Made by a program: the position numbers and the translations under genes. This document shows, piece after piece, positions 1 through 8,549 of a stretch of DNA of 64,000 bases. Position 1 is the stretch's first letter; each line of letters opens with the position of its first letter. Source of the stretch: Bdellovibrionales bacterium (GTDB lineage: Bacteria; Bdellovibrionota; Bdellovibrionia; Bdellovibrionales; Bdellovibrionaceae); the NCBI GenBank assembly GCA_031370005.1, contig JANMPT010000028.1, positions 1-64,000 of the forward strand, written 5' to 3'. The notes beneath the pieces were generated by a model, which was not told the DNA's origin, made no database searches, and saw nothing but the letters and a program-made list of their open reading frames with translations.

Positions 1-30
1 CATTGCGCTACTAAAAAGAAGGCCGTACCC

Positions 31-408
31 CTAATTAAACTGGAAGGGGTAAGAGACTGGGAAGGTCTTTCCCTCTTCTGCTGGGGGAAAGATCCAATTA
101 ACGACTTTCTCGGTTACACAGCCTTCAAGAGCTTGATCCTTTGAAGTATTTTCTTTGATAGCCATGTTTTGGACACTGCCCTTGTCATCGATATCCCAAG
201 TGGCAATAATTTTACCATTTGCGGCCATCCCCTCAATAATTAAGTCCGTATAACATTGCTTAACCTCTTGAATGTGGGCACGCACTACTAAGCGAACAGC
301 CTCAAAATCTAAACCTTTTATGGATTTTTTCTCAACTTTTGAGTGGGCATCAAAACATAGCAGTAGACTCGAAATGAAAAGGACCCTTGTTAAAATTCCT
401 TTTTTCAT
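31..408 (-). CDS. Secreted AgmX/PglI C-terminal (TonB-C-like) domain protein
   Basis: Signal peptide MKKGILTRVLFISSLLLCFDAHS, then VKQCY...GKIIATWDIDDKGSV...LEGCV...WIFPP...VSYPFQF, typical of the AgmX/PglI C-terminal domain. Start moved from 510 to the ATG at 408. Confidence 0.75.
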   Translation of the reverse strand: MKKGILTRVLFISSLLLCFDAHSKVEKKSIKGLDFEAVRLVVRAHIQEVKQCYTDLIIEGMAANGKIIATWDIDDKGSVQNMAIKENTSKDQALEGCVTEKVVNWIFPPAEEGKTFPVSYPFQFN

Positions 409-536
409 GCGGCACCGCCCCGAGAACAGTATACAACACCTGGCCCGAAGCTCTCTAGCACAAAGTAAAATGCCACTTTTTTGATCAATTTTTTTACAAA
501 AAAAAGACACTTGTCCTGGTTATGATAGATCTAAGT

Positions 537-1634
537 CTAGGCTTTTTTGAAAATATGGAACTGATAGACGCCAGTTCCATCTAATTTCTGAGCCCAAACG
601 TCCTTATCACGGCTCGCTTGCCAGCCACTAATATCTGGAGCCGTCGGAGCACGCATAAAAGAGCGAATCACCACTTGAGAACCAGCTTTAGTTTCTGAAT
701 GCAATCTCTGTAAAATCTGATTAGACACGTCCTGAGGAAGATAAGAGATCGTGTCTGATAGGGAAATAAAATCGTAGTTTTTCCTCGGCAAGTGATCGAG
801 CAAATTTCCCAAAAGATAATTAATCTTCGTCGGAGCCACTTTAACCCTGTCAAAGATCCTTTGATGAGCCTCTAACGGAAGACCTTCTTCGTAAGCAATT
901 TTACCTAGAAAAAGAATCTGCATAAAATAATTTTTTCTAACAAGTTGTGTGCGAAAAATACGATCAAATTCTTCTAAAACAAATTGATAAGGAGGACGAG
1001 ACTCGGTTTTGGCACCGCTGCGACCACTAAAATGACCTTTATATAAAAACCTATTAAAGACATACTCACTGGCCGCCACTCGCATAAAACTTTTCCATCG
1101 AAGATGGGGCCAATGCTTTTCATAGAGCGCGACCTGTTCGGACAAACTTTGAGCCTCAAAAACCTTTGAAAAGTCGCATTGCAAAACTTCGCGGAATAAA
1201 AAACCAAGCTTCTGAAAGTGAGCCTCCCAACGGCCTAACAAAATAAAACCACGAGGACTCCAGCCGGCACTATGCTCTTCCCAATACTTTTTTGCTTCTA
1301 CGCTTATGGGAATTTTTTTGAAAATCTCTTTGCGGTCATCACCGGCATCCTTTCCAGACTGCAAAGCCCCACGATAGCCCATGAAAAATAAGTACTCTTC
1401 GTAGCTCAATATTTTCATCGCCTCATATCGCAATTCACAAAGATAATTTTGGCTCACTGACATGTCCACAACATCGAGCTCTTGGGGATGTCGTGCGATC
1501 AACGGCAGGCAACGAGCTCCAGATCCAGCTATACTAAATACTCGCAATACCTTTTCGGGAAGAAGTTCATACTCGACGCGAGTGTCTTCATTAGCCAAGC
1601 TATAGTTTAAATCCGAAAAATACTCTTGCGACAC
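537..1634 (-). CDS. DUF3419/BtaA-like SAM-dependent (3-amino-3-carboxypropyl) transferase family protein
   Basis: N-terminal LNYSLANED, Gly-rich SIAGSG followed by an acidic VVD (SAM binding), GRWE, NYF and C-terminal FISLSD match the DUF3419/BtaA pattern. Confidence 0.7.
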   Translation of the reverse strand: MSQEYFSDLNYSLANEDTRVEYELLPEKVLRVFSIAGSGARCLPLIARHPQELDVVDMSVSQNYLCELRYEAMKILSYEEYLFFMGYRGALQSGKDAGDDRKEIFKKIPISVEAKKYWEEHSAGWSPRGFILLGRWEAHFQKLGFLFREVLQCDFSKVFEAQSLSEQVALYEKHWPHLRWKSFMRVAASEYVFNRFLYKGHFSGRSGAKTESRPPYQFVLEEFDRIFRTQLVRKNYFMQILFLGKIAYEEGLPLEAHQRIFDRVKVAPTKINYLLGNLLDHLPRKNYDFISLSDTISYLPQDVSNQILQRLHSETKAGSQVVIRSFMRAPTAPDISGWQASRDKDVWAQKLDGTGVYQFHIFKKA

Positions 1635-1806
1635 CGGACTTCCTTTCGTCTGTAAGTTTAGTGATAAGCCATCGGACCAGAATTTTCATAGTGTTCTTAA
1701 AACAATCAGCAGAAAAGACCAGATTCATGATGATCTCCCAGCATCCTTCGACTACAATATTCAAACGAAGGAACAGTAAAATACTCTTGGACGAAAGGCT
1801 TGATTC

Positions 1807-2553
1807 ATGGCTTTAAGAGCACTTCTAGTCACCTCTCGAGTGACCTTTGTGCCAGAGAACTACAGCCAACTGGTTTGCGAACTTGCGAAGGCTCCTCACA
1901 TTGCCGGCTGTATTGTCGTTGATAATCGCCAATGGAGCCTTGTGGCTCAAGGCTTGGTTCTCGTTCTAACCGGTGCGGCGCCGCGCTTGGGGGCCCAGCT
2001 AATAATAAATTTTTTTAAAGATCTGCTCGATCACAAAAAATCAGCCTATGACGAAAATAAAAAAATTTTTGTTGTCGTAAAAAATCTGAATTCCGATGAA
2101 ACGCTCGAGATTCTTCAACGCGAAAAGATCGATCTGATTTTAAATGCACGCACGCGAACCATTTTTAAAAAGCGGCTGCTTGAAACCCCACGCCTTGGCT
2201 GCATCAATATCCACCATGGTCTTCTTCCCGATCAGCGCGGACTAATGTGTGATTTCTGGGCTCACCTTGAGAAAACATCTTCAGGATTTTCTATTCATCA
2301 AATGACCCCAAAGCTCGATGCTGGAGCAATTTTGAATGTCGTAGAGGTCCCCACTGACAAATCCAACTATCTGGACTCCATTTACCAAGGATCAAAGCTT
2401 GAAGTTTCGGCGGCACTAGGCGTCCTTGCTGAGATTAACTCGAAGAATCAAATTCAAGGGCAGGAAAACCTAAAAAGTGAAAAAACAACTTATCGAAAAA
2501 ATCCAACGCTTATAGATTTCTTCAAGTTAAGGATTCTTGGAGCGAAGATATGA
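1807..2553 (+). CDS. N10-formyl-THF-dependent formyltransferase family protein
   Basis: CINIHHGLLPDQRG (N-x-H-x-x-LLP-x-x-RG) and SIHQMTPKLDAGAI (catalytic Asp) motifs. Confidence 0.85.
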   Translation: MALRALLVTSRVTFVPENYSQLVCELAKAPHIAGCIVVDNRQWSLVAQGLVLVLTGAAPRLGAQLIINFFKDLLDHKKSAYDENKKIFVVVKNLNSDETLEILQREKIDLILNARTRTIFKKRLLETPRLGCINIHHGLLPDQRGLMCDFWAHLEKTSSGFSIHQMTPKLDAGAILNVVEVPTDKSNYLDSIYQGSKLEVSAALGVLAEINSKNQIQGQENLKSEKTTYRKNPTLIDFFKLRILGAKI

Positions 2554-3245
2554 AAACTATCATCGCCCTCCATGGCAATCCAGGCTCCCCAGCGGATTGG
2601 AATATTCTTCAAGCGCATCTTTCCAGTTCTCAACATAAACTCATCGCTGCAGATGCCTTCAGTGAGTCTTGGAAAAATGAAGTCAGAAAAGGTTCTCATA
2701 AAAAAATCCTCATTGGGCACTCCTGGGGCGCATATCGTATTCTGAAAAATCTCAAAGAGCTCGCCGGTCACGTTGAAAAAGTGATCTTAGTGGCGCCATA
2801 TATTAAACCCGAACGAGAGCTCTCCGGATTGGCCTCTGCCTTATTAAGAACTCCAGGAATCGGCAACATTTTAATAAAATCAAATCACAAAAAAACAAAA
2901 GATATCTTTTTCAACGAACTTATATACCCAAGTAAAATCAGTGATTGTACTTACTTTAAAACTCTAAAAGAACAGCTCGATGATTGGAAAATTTGGAAAA
3001 GAACGGTGGCAAATAAACTCGCAATGCAGGAAAATCCTTGGGCGCCCGCCGACATTACGGATCAAATTCCAATCACGGTTCTTTACGGAGAACTCGATAA
3101 AATCACCAGTGCAAATATTCAAAACATTATTTTAACTAAATACTCACAGGTACAAGCCAAAACCATCCCGTCAACCGGACACGGTCTGTTGTGGAGTCAC
3201 CCTGAAAAAATAGGCGCAGAGCTAGCTGCGGAGGTTCTTTTATGA
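2550..3245 (+). CDS. Alpha/beta hydrolase
   Basis: LHGNPGS oxyanion motif, GHSWG nucleophile elbow, GELD acid, TGH catalytic His. ATGA overlap with the upstream gene. Confidence 0.85.
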   Translation: MKTIIALHGNPGSPADWNILQAHLSSSQHKLIAADAFSESWKNEVRKGSHKKILIGHSWGAYRILKNLKELAGHVEKVILVAPYIKPERELSGLASALLRTPGIGNILIKSNHKKTKDIFFNELIYPSKISDCTYFKTLKEQLDDWKIWKRTVANKLAMQENPWAPADITDQIPITVLYGELDKITSANIQNIILTKYSQVQAKTIPSTGHGLLWSHPEKIGAELAAEVLL

Positions 3246-4963
3246 GCGCAAATCGGAAAATTGGATATTACCCAGGTTTTGATGAAAAAAATAACGTCAT
3301 CAATTATATGGAAAAACATTTACGCGAATTCCCAGAACGTATCGCGCTTCGTTGGGCCAATGCTGAATCCATGGCAAAATGGGATGGCTCTCTGAACACA
3401 CCCATTCTGCACGACGAAATCACTTATAAAAACTTTGCATATCGCATCAACTCATTTGCACGCGGGCTGCTAGATATCGGCATTCAAGAAGGTGATCGAG
3501 TGATCATATTTTTGCCAATGAGCCTTGATATGTATACAGCCATGTTTGCAGTCCAACGGATTGGCGCCATTGCCGTCTTTCTAGATTCTTGGGCTCGCAG
3601 CCATCACTTAGGGGCTTCGGCAGAATGCGTGAGCCCAAAGGCTATGATTAGCTTTCAACAGGCCTTTGCTTTGGTTGATCAAGTACCGCAGTTTAAAACA
3701 ATGCCCATTCGTATCTTGTACGGCCCTGGCGACAACTGCACTCATTACTTCCCAGATCTTTTAAAAGCGGAATCCTCGCCGATTGCAGCTGTTGAAAGCG
3801 AATTCACCGCATTGATCACTTTCACGACTGGTTCCACCGGAACCCCAAAGGGAGCCAACCGTACTCACAGATTCTTATCAGCTCAGCATCATGCTTTGTC
3901 CCACGTCATTCCCTATACTGAAAAAGACAACGACATGCCGGCTTTTCCAATTTTTAGTTTGAACAATCTTGCAACCGGCGTGACAACAGTTTTACCAGCA
4001 GTAAATCTGGCAGCTCCCTCTGACAGAGACCCAGCAATCCTAGCTTGCCAGCTCATCAATGAGAGTATTAATTGCACCACTTTATCACCAAGCATGCTCA
4101 TCGGCCTAGCCCGTTACTGCAAAGAAAGTAATATTCAGTTAAAACAACTTCGCCGCGTTGTAACCGGGGGGGCAGCAATTTCCAAGGATGATGTAAAGAG
4201 CTTCTATGAAATTGCCCCACAAACAGAGCTTTGGGTTCTATACGGCTCTACAGAAGCCGAGCCAATGGCCCATATTGAGGGCCGTGATATGCTTAAAGAA
4301 AAATCAAACATCGATCCAGAAATTATCGAAGAAGGTGTGAATGTTGGCCACATCAGCGAAGACATTGATTTTAAATTCATTCGAATTGAAGATGGTCCCA
4401 TCGAACTGAAAGGCTCCTCGTGGTCACAAATCGAAGTTGGCCCCGGTGAGGTTGGGGAATTCATCTGTACTGGCGACCACGTCTGCCGTGATTACTACAA
4501 TAATACAGACGCCTTTAAAACCACAAAAATTATGGACGCTCAAAATCGCGTTTGGCACCGTACTGGGGATTTAGCATATATTGATGCTAAAAAAGACCTT
4601 TGGATCGTAGGCCGCACCAATAATGCCATTGAACGAGGCGGTAAATATTTTTTTCCTGTCCGCGCAGAAGTTCTTTTAAAACGCATGGCCTTTACTTATC
4701 GTTGCGCTTTCTTAGGAGTGAAAGACGCTCAACTCGGTGAGGCAACTTATGCCGTGGTTGAGCTCAAAGCCGAGCTAGATAAACACAGCTTCGACTTTGC
4801 CGCAGCAAAAAAAGAAATCAGCCGCCTCTTTGCGAAAAACAAAATTCCGGTGGACCAAATTAAGTTCGTCCACTCGATTCCGATGGATCCTCGCCATCAC
4901 TCCAAAGTAGAATACAAAACGCTCAGAGATCAACTTAAGGACCCGGGAGTTATGATTGAATAA
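3242..4963 (+). CDS. AMP-dependent ligase/synthetase (ANL superfamily), OleC-like
   Basis: FTTGSTGTPKG, YGSTEAEP, WHRTGD. The C-terminal MDPRHHSKV resembles the OleC DxRHNxKI signature. ATGA overlap with the upstream gene. Confidence 0.85.
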   Translation: MSANRKIGYYPGFDEKNNVINYMEKHLREFPERIALRWANAESMAKWDGSLNTPILHDEITYKNFAYRINSFARGLLDIGIQEGDRVIIFLPMSLDMYTAMFAVQRIGAIAVFLDSWARSHHLGASAECVSPKAMISFQQAFALVDQVPQFKTMPIRILYGPGDNCTHYFPDLLKAESSPIAAVESEFTALITFTTGSTGTPKGANRTHRFLSAQHHALSHVIPYTEKDNDMPAFPIFSLNNLATGVTTVLPAVNLAAPSDRDPAILACQLINESINCTTLSPSMLIGLARYCKESNIQLKQLRRVVTGGAAISKDDVKSFYEIAPQTELWVLYGSTEAEPMAHIEGRDMLKEKSNIDPEIIEEGVNVGHISEDIDFKFIRIEDGPIELKGSSWSQIEVGPGEVGEFICTGDHVCRDYYNNTDAFKTTKIMDAQNRVWHRTGDLAYIDAKKDLWIVGRTNNAIERGGKYFFPVRAEVLLKRMAFTYRCAFLGVKDAQLGEATYAVVELKAELDKHSFDFAAAKKEISRLFAKNKIPVDQIKFVHSIPMDPRHHSKVEYKTLRDQLKDPGVMIE

Positions 4964-5846
4964 GTGGTTTGTGCTCATCAAAGAACGCTTCAGCCCGATC
5001 AGTTATATACCTATGATCTTGGCATTTACCTGGGCAAATGGACTTTATCTCACGAAGGTCACTGATCATAATTTTGAGTATGGACGATTTGCCTTAACTT
5101 TAATTCTGATGCTAAGTTTCTTTTTTAGAATGCGCTGCTTTGATGAGATCAAAGATTATGAAGTTGATCTTAGGATCAATCCTACTCGTCCCTTGGCCTG
5201 CGGGATCATCAGCATTGCGCAAGTAAAAAAAGCCCTGTTCTTTATGATTTTATTTGAATTGCTCTTATCAGCCTATTTGGGGTTTTGGCCTTGGGTAATC
5301 CACACTATTGCTATTTTTTATAGTCTGATGATGTATGAAGAATTCTTTATTGGCGATATTCTCCGCCCTCATTTAACAACCTATGCGGTTTCTCACACTT
5401 TCGTGAGCGTACTTTTGGGCGTTTCAGCAGCAACAGCAATTACAAACTTCGATTTACAAAAAATAAGCTCTACTGACATGGCCTTCTTTTTGATGAACTG
5501 GGCCTTTTTTAATCTGTTTGAATTTGCACGGAAGACTTTTGCTCCCAACGAGGAGCGTCCCAATGTGCCAAGCTATAGCAATATCTTTAAGCCCATCGGC
5601 GCCTGGTTCCTTTCTTGGTCGCAAGCTCTTATAGGAATTATCCTGGCGGCAGTCGCGCTGAAAGACAATTTGATAAACTCTGCGCATCTTTCGTGGCTGT
5701 TTATCGCAGCTGCAATTTATAGCTTGATCAGTCTTGGCTATGCGTTCAAACCTCAAGAAAAAATGGCCAAGCTATTTCGACAAATTACTGGGGTCTATCT
5801 TCTTCTTCACTATGTTTTGCTTAGTATCTTACTTTACCTCGCATAG
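4956..5846 (+). CDS. UbiA prenyltransferase-family membrane protein
   Basis: Multiple hydrophobic helices and a first Asp-rich motif FDEIKDYEVD followed by NPTRPLACG (UbiA RP-x-x-x-G). Confidence 0.75.
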   Translation: MNKWFVLIKERFSPISYIPMILAFTWANGLYLTKVTDHNFEYGRFALTLILMLSFFFRMRCFDEIKDYEVDLRINPTRPLACGIISIAQVKKALFFMILFELLLSAYLGFWPWVIHTIAIFYSLMMYEEFFIGDILRPHLTTYAVSHTFVSVLLGVSAATAITNFDLQKISSTDMAFFLMNWAFFNLFEFARKTFAPNEERPNVPSYSNIFKPIGAWFLSWSQALIGIILAAVALKDNLINSAHLSWLFIAAAIYSLISLGYAFKPQEKMAKLFRQITGVYLLLHYVLLSILLYLA

Positions 5847-5855
5847 GAGCCTGGC

Positions 5856-8549
5856 ATGTTGGTAACAAAAAATTCTACTCACTTTTTTGCAAAAAATGAA
5901 TCCGGCGGCAAAGGCTTTAATCTTTATTTAATGACCAAACGTGAAATTCCCGTTCCAGAGTGGGTGGTTTTTGGCCGTCGCTACTTTCAAGATTTCATTC
6001 AAAGCGCCGAAATTGAGAAAGAGCTTTATCAACAAGTTGAGAAATTTGTCACCGGGCACACCACAGCAAAAGAATCGGAAGCTGCAATTGAATCTTTGTT
6101 CGAAAAAAGCGCCACCACCCTCCTTTTAAGTCAAAGCATTGACCACGCTTTGAAAATGATGGGGGCCGATAAGGTTTTTTCTGTACGTTCGTCAGCCGCA
6201 GATGAGGATGGACTGTCCCACTCCTTTGCTGGGCAGCTTTCAAGTTTTCTTTATGTAAATGGCAAATCTGATATTTTGAATTATATCAAAAAGTGTTGGG
6301 CTTCAGCCTTTTCCGAACGCGGACTCGTTTATCGCAAAGAAAACAAAATTGACCTTCACAGGATTTCAGTTTCCGTGGTTTTACAAAGAATGATTGATCC
6401 TGAAAAATCAGGCGTTCTTTTCACCTGCGACCCGGTTGCCATGACACTTGATCAATTTGTCGTCTCATCTGTTTATGGTGTGGGTGAAGGCTTGGTCTCT
6501 GGCGCATTGGATGCAGATTCATTTTGGCTTCATCAAAAAACAGGGGATTTAATTAAATCCGAAATCGTCGAAAAAAAAGAGATGCTGAAAAAATCAAGCT
6601 CTGGACATTGTCAACTTCATCCAGTGGCTCCACAATTAGTTCTTCAAGCATCGCTCAATAGCTCCGAGCTTCGCAGTCTTCATAAGCTTGGCCAAAGAAT
6701 TCATGATCAATACAACCGGCCTCAGGATATCGAATGGGCGATTGAGGATGGTCAATTTTATATTTTACAAACTCGTCCGGTGACCAATCTAAAAATAGAT
6801 CTCGTTGGCTATCCGAATCTTTGGGATAATTCCAATATTATCGAATCCTATGGAGGCCTGACCTCGCCGCTTAGCTTTAGCTTTGCTCTGCGAAACTATA
6901 AAGCGGTTTATATACAGTTCTGCGAGGTGCTTGGCGTTCCAAATGAGATCATCAAAGATATGGATTCCTATCTTAGCTATATGTTGGGTTCTATTAATGG
7001 CCGGGTATATTACAACCTCTTTAATTGGTACAAACTCGTGGGAGTACTTCCAGGTTTTAAACAAAACCGCGAGTTTATGGAAACCATGATGGGAGTCTCT
7101 GAAGGGCTCACTGATGAAATAGCCAGTCGCATTCGCCCTCACCCTTCTTGGGATACTTTCAGTGGGCGACTTCGCAAGATGGTGACAGGTTTTAATTTTG
7201 TTACGTATCACTTCACCATTCAAACTGTCGTTGATGACTTTTTAAAAACCTTCCATAAAGCTTATGACAAATACCGATCAATGCCTTTGCAGAGCATGAG
7301 AGGCGATCAGCTTCTACGGGTGTATTTAGATGTGGAAAGAAATATGCTGGGGCGCTGGAAGGCTCCGATTATCAATGACTTCCTCTGCATGGTTCACTTT
7401 GGTCTTTTAAGAAAACTCACTACCACCTGGCTTGCTGACTTGGATTCAAGTATTCAAAATGACTTGCTCGCCGGCGAAGGGGGGCTTGAAAGTGCTGAGC
7501 CCACAAAGGCACTTCTTCGCTTAGCCTCTATTGCATTCAAAAATGAAAGTCTTAGGCGATTGATTGAAACCACCGATCCAAAAGATGGCCTTGAATCTTT
7601 GAATCAAAGCTCACATCGTGAGTTCTATCTAATGGTATTGGACTATTTAGATCGCTTTGGCTTTCGTTGCATGAGCGAAATGAAACTCGAAGAAATTGAT
7701 CTGTTGACTGATCCTTCGTATTTGTTTGTTTGCCTTAAAAATTATTTAAAAGCTGGAAAAGTTGGAGCACAGGATTACGTTCATGATGACTCTCGCGAGA
7801 AATCCTTGCGCACAGTCTCTGAACAAAAAGTGCAAGGCCATCTTAGTGGTTGGCGCAGAGTTATTTATTTCTGGGTTCTCCGCCACGCAAGAAAGGCCGT
7901 TAAAAATCGCGAAAACACTCGCTTTGCAAGAACACGTATCTATGGGATTGCTCGCAGCATCTTCCAATGCATCGGCGAAGACCTGGCCAATATCGGCGCC
8001 ATTCAAAACAATCGTGATATATTCTGGCTGACCATTGAAGAGGTCTTTGGGATCTATAATGGAACCCTTCCAACTTACGACCTCAATGCCTTTGTAAATT
8101 TACGTAAACAAGACTATGCAAAATTCATCGAAGACACTGACCCTCGCATTATGACTCGTGGTGCTGTCTATTGGAATAATCAATTTGTTAAAGAAGAAGA
8201 GCAGGTTGTCAATATTGGTCAAGATGAAGATTGCGATCTGAAAGGTCTTCCTTGCTGCCCTGGAGTTCTCGAAGGCACAGTCAAAGTGATTTTGAATCCA
8301 ACTGACAACCTGGAATTAAATGGCGAAATTCTCGTGACTGCGCGAACTGATCCAGGCTGGGTTCCCTTGTATCCTGCAATCTCAGGACTCCTGGTGGAGC
8401 GGGGAAGTCTGCTGTCGCACTCCGCGATTGTGGCTCGCGAAATGGGAATCCCTGCAATCGTCAGTATTCCAGGACTCACAAAAACTCTTAAAACTGGGAT
8501 GCGTATTCGGATGGATGGCAAAGCTGGAAGCATTAAAATTCTAGATTGA
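5856..8549 (+). CDS. PEP-synthase-like small-molecule dikinase (ATP-grasp / substrate domain / C-terminal phospho-His swivel; RPH/PigC architecture)
   Basis: GGKG, VRSSAADEDG..SFAGQ, GVGEGLVSG, QDIEWA, LQTRPVT (ATP-grasp) and C-terminal TDPGW...GSLLSHSAIVARE (His domain). No PEP-binding barrel. AGGAG RBS. Confidence 0.85.
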   Translation: MLVTKNSTHFFAKNESGGKGFNLYLMTKREIPVPEWVVFGRRYFQDFIQSAEIEKELYQQVEKFVTGHTTAKESEAAIESLFEKSATTLLLSQSIDHALKMMGADKVFSVRSSAADEDGLSHSFAGQLSSFLYVNGKSDILNYIKKCWASAFSERGLVYRKENKIDLHRISVSVVLQRMIDPEKSGVLFTCDPVAMTLDQFVVSSVYGVGEGLVSGALDADSFWLHQKTGDLIKSEIVEKKEMLKKSSSGHCQLHPVAPQLVLQASLNSSELRSLHKLGQRIHDQYNRPQDIEWAIEDGQFYILQTRPVTNLKIDLVGYPNLWDNSNIIESYGGLTSPLSFSFALRNYKAVYIQFCEVLGVPNEIIKDMDSYLSYMLGSINGRVYYNLFNWYKLVGVLPGFKQNREFMETMMGVSEGLTDEIASRIRPHPSWDTFSGRLRKMVTGFNFVTYHFTIQTVVDDFLKTFHKAYDKYRSMPLQSMRGDQLLRVYLDVERNMLGRWKAPIINDFLCMVHFGLLRKLTTTWLADLDSSIQNDLLAGEGGLESAEPTKALLRLASIAFKNESLRRLIETTDPKDGLESLNQSSHREFYLMVLDYLDRFGFRCMSEMKLEEIDLLTDPSYLFVCLKNYLKAGKVGAQDYVHDDSREKSLRTVSEQKVQGHLSGWRRVIYFWVLRHARKAVKNRENTRFARTRIYGIARSIFQCIGEDLANIGAIQNNRDIFWLTIEEVFGIYNGTLPTYDLNAFVNLRKQDYAKFIEDTDPRIMTRGAVYWNNQFVKEEEQVVNIGQDEDCDLKGLPCCPGVLEGTVKVILNPTDNLELNGEILVTARTDPGWVPLYPAISGLLVERGSLLSHSAIVAREMGIPAIVSIPGLTKTLKTGMRIRMDGKAGSIKILD

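Noticed and set aside
5856..8549. Annotation as ppsA/PPDK or as a rifampin-resistance gene
   Set aside because: It lacks the C-terminal PEP/pyruvate barrel. It shares only the architecture with RPH, and the biosynthetic operon context argues against assigning resistance without an assay.
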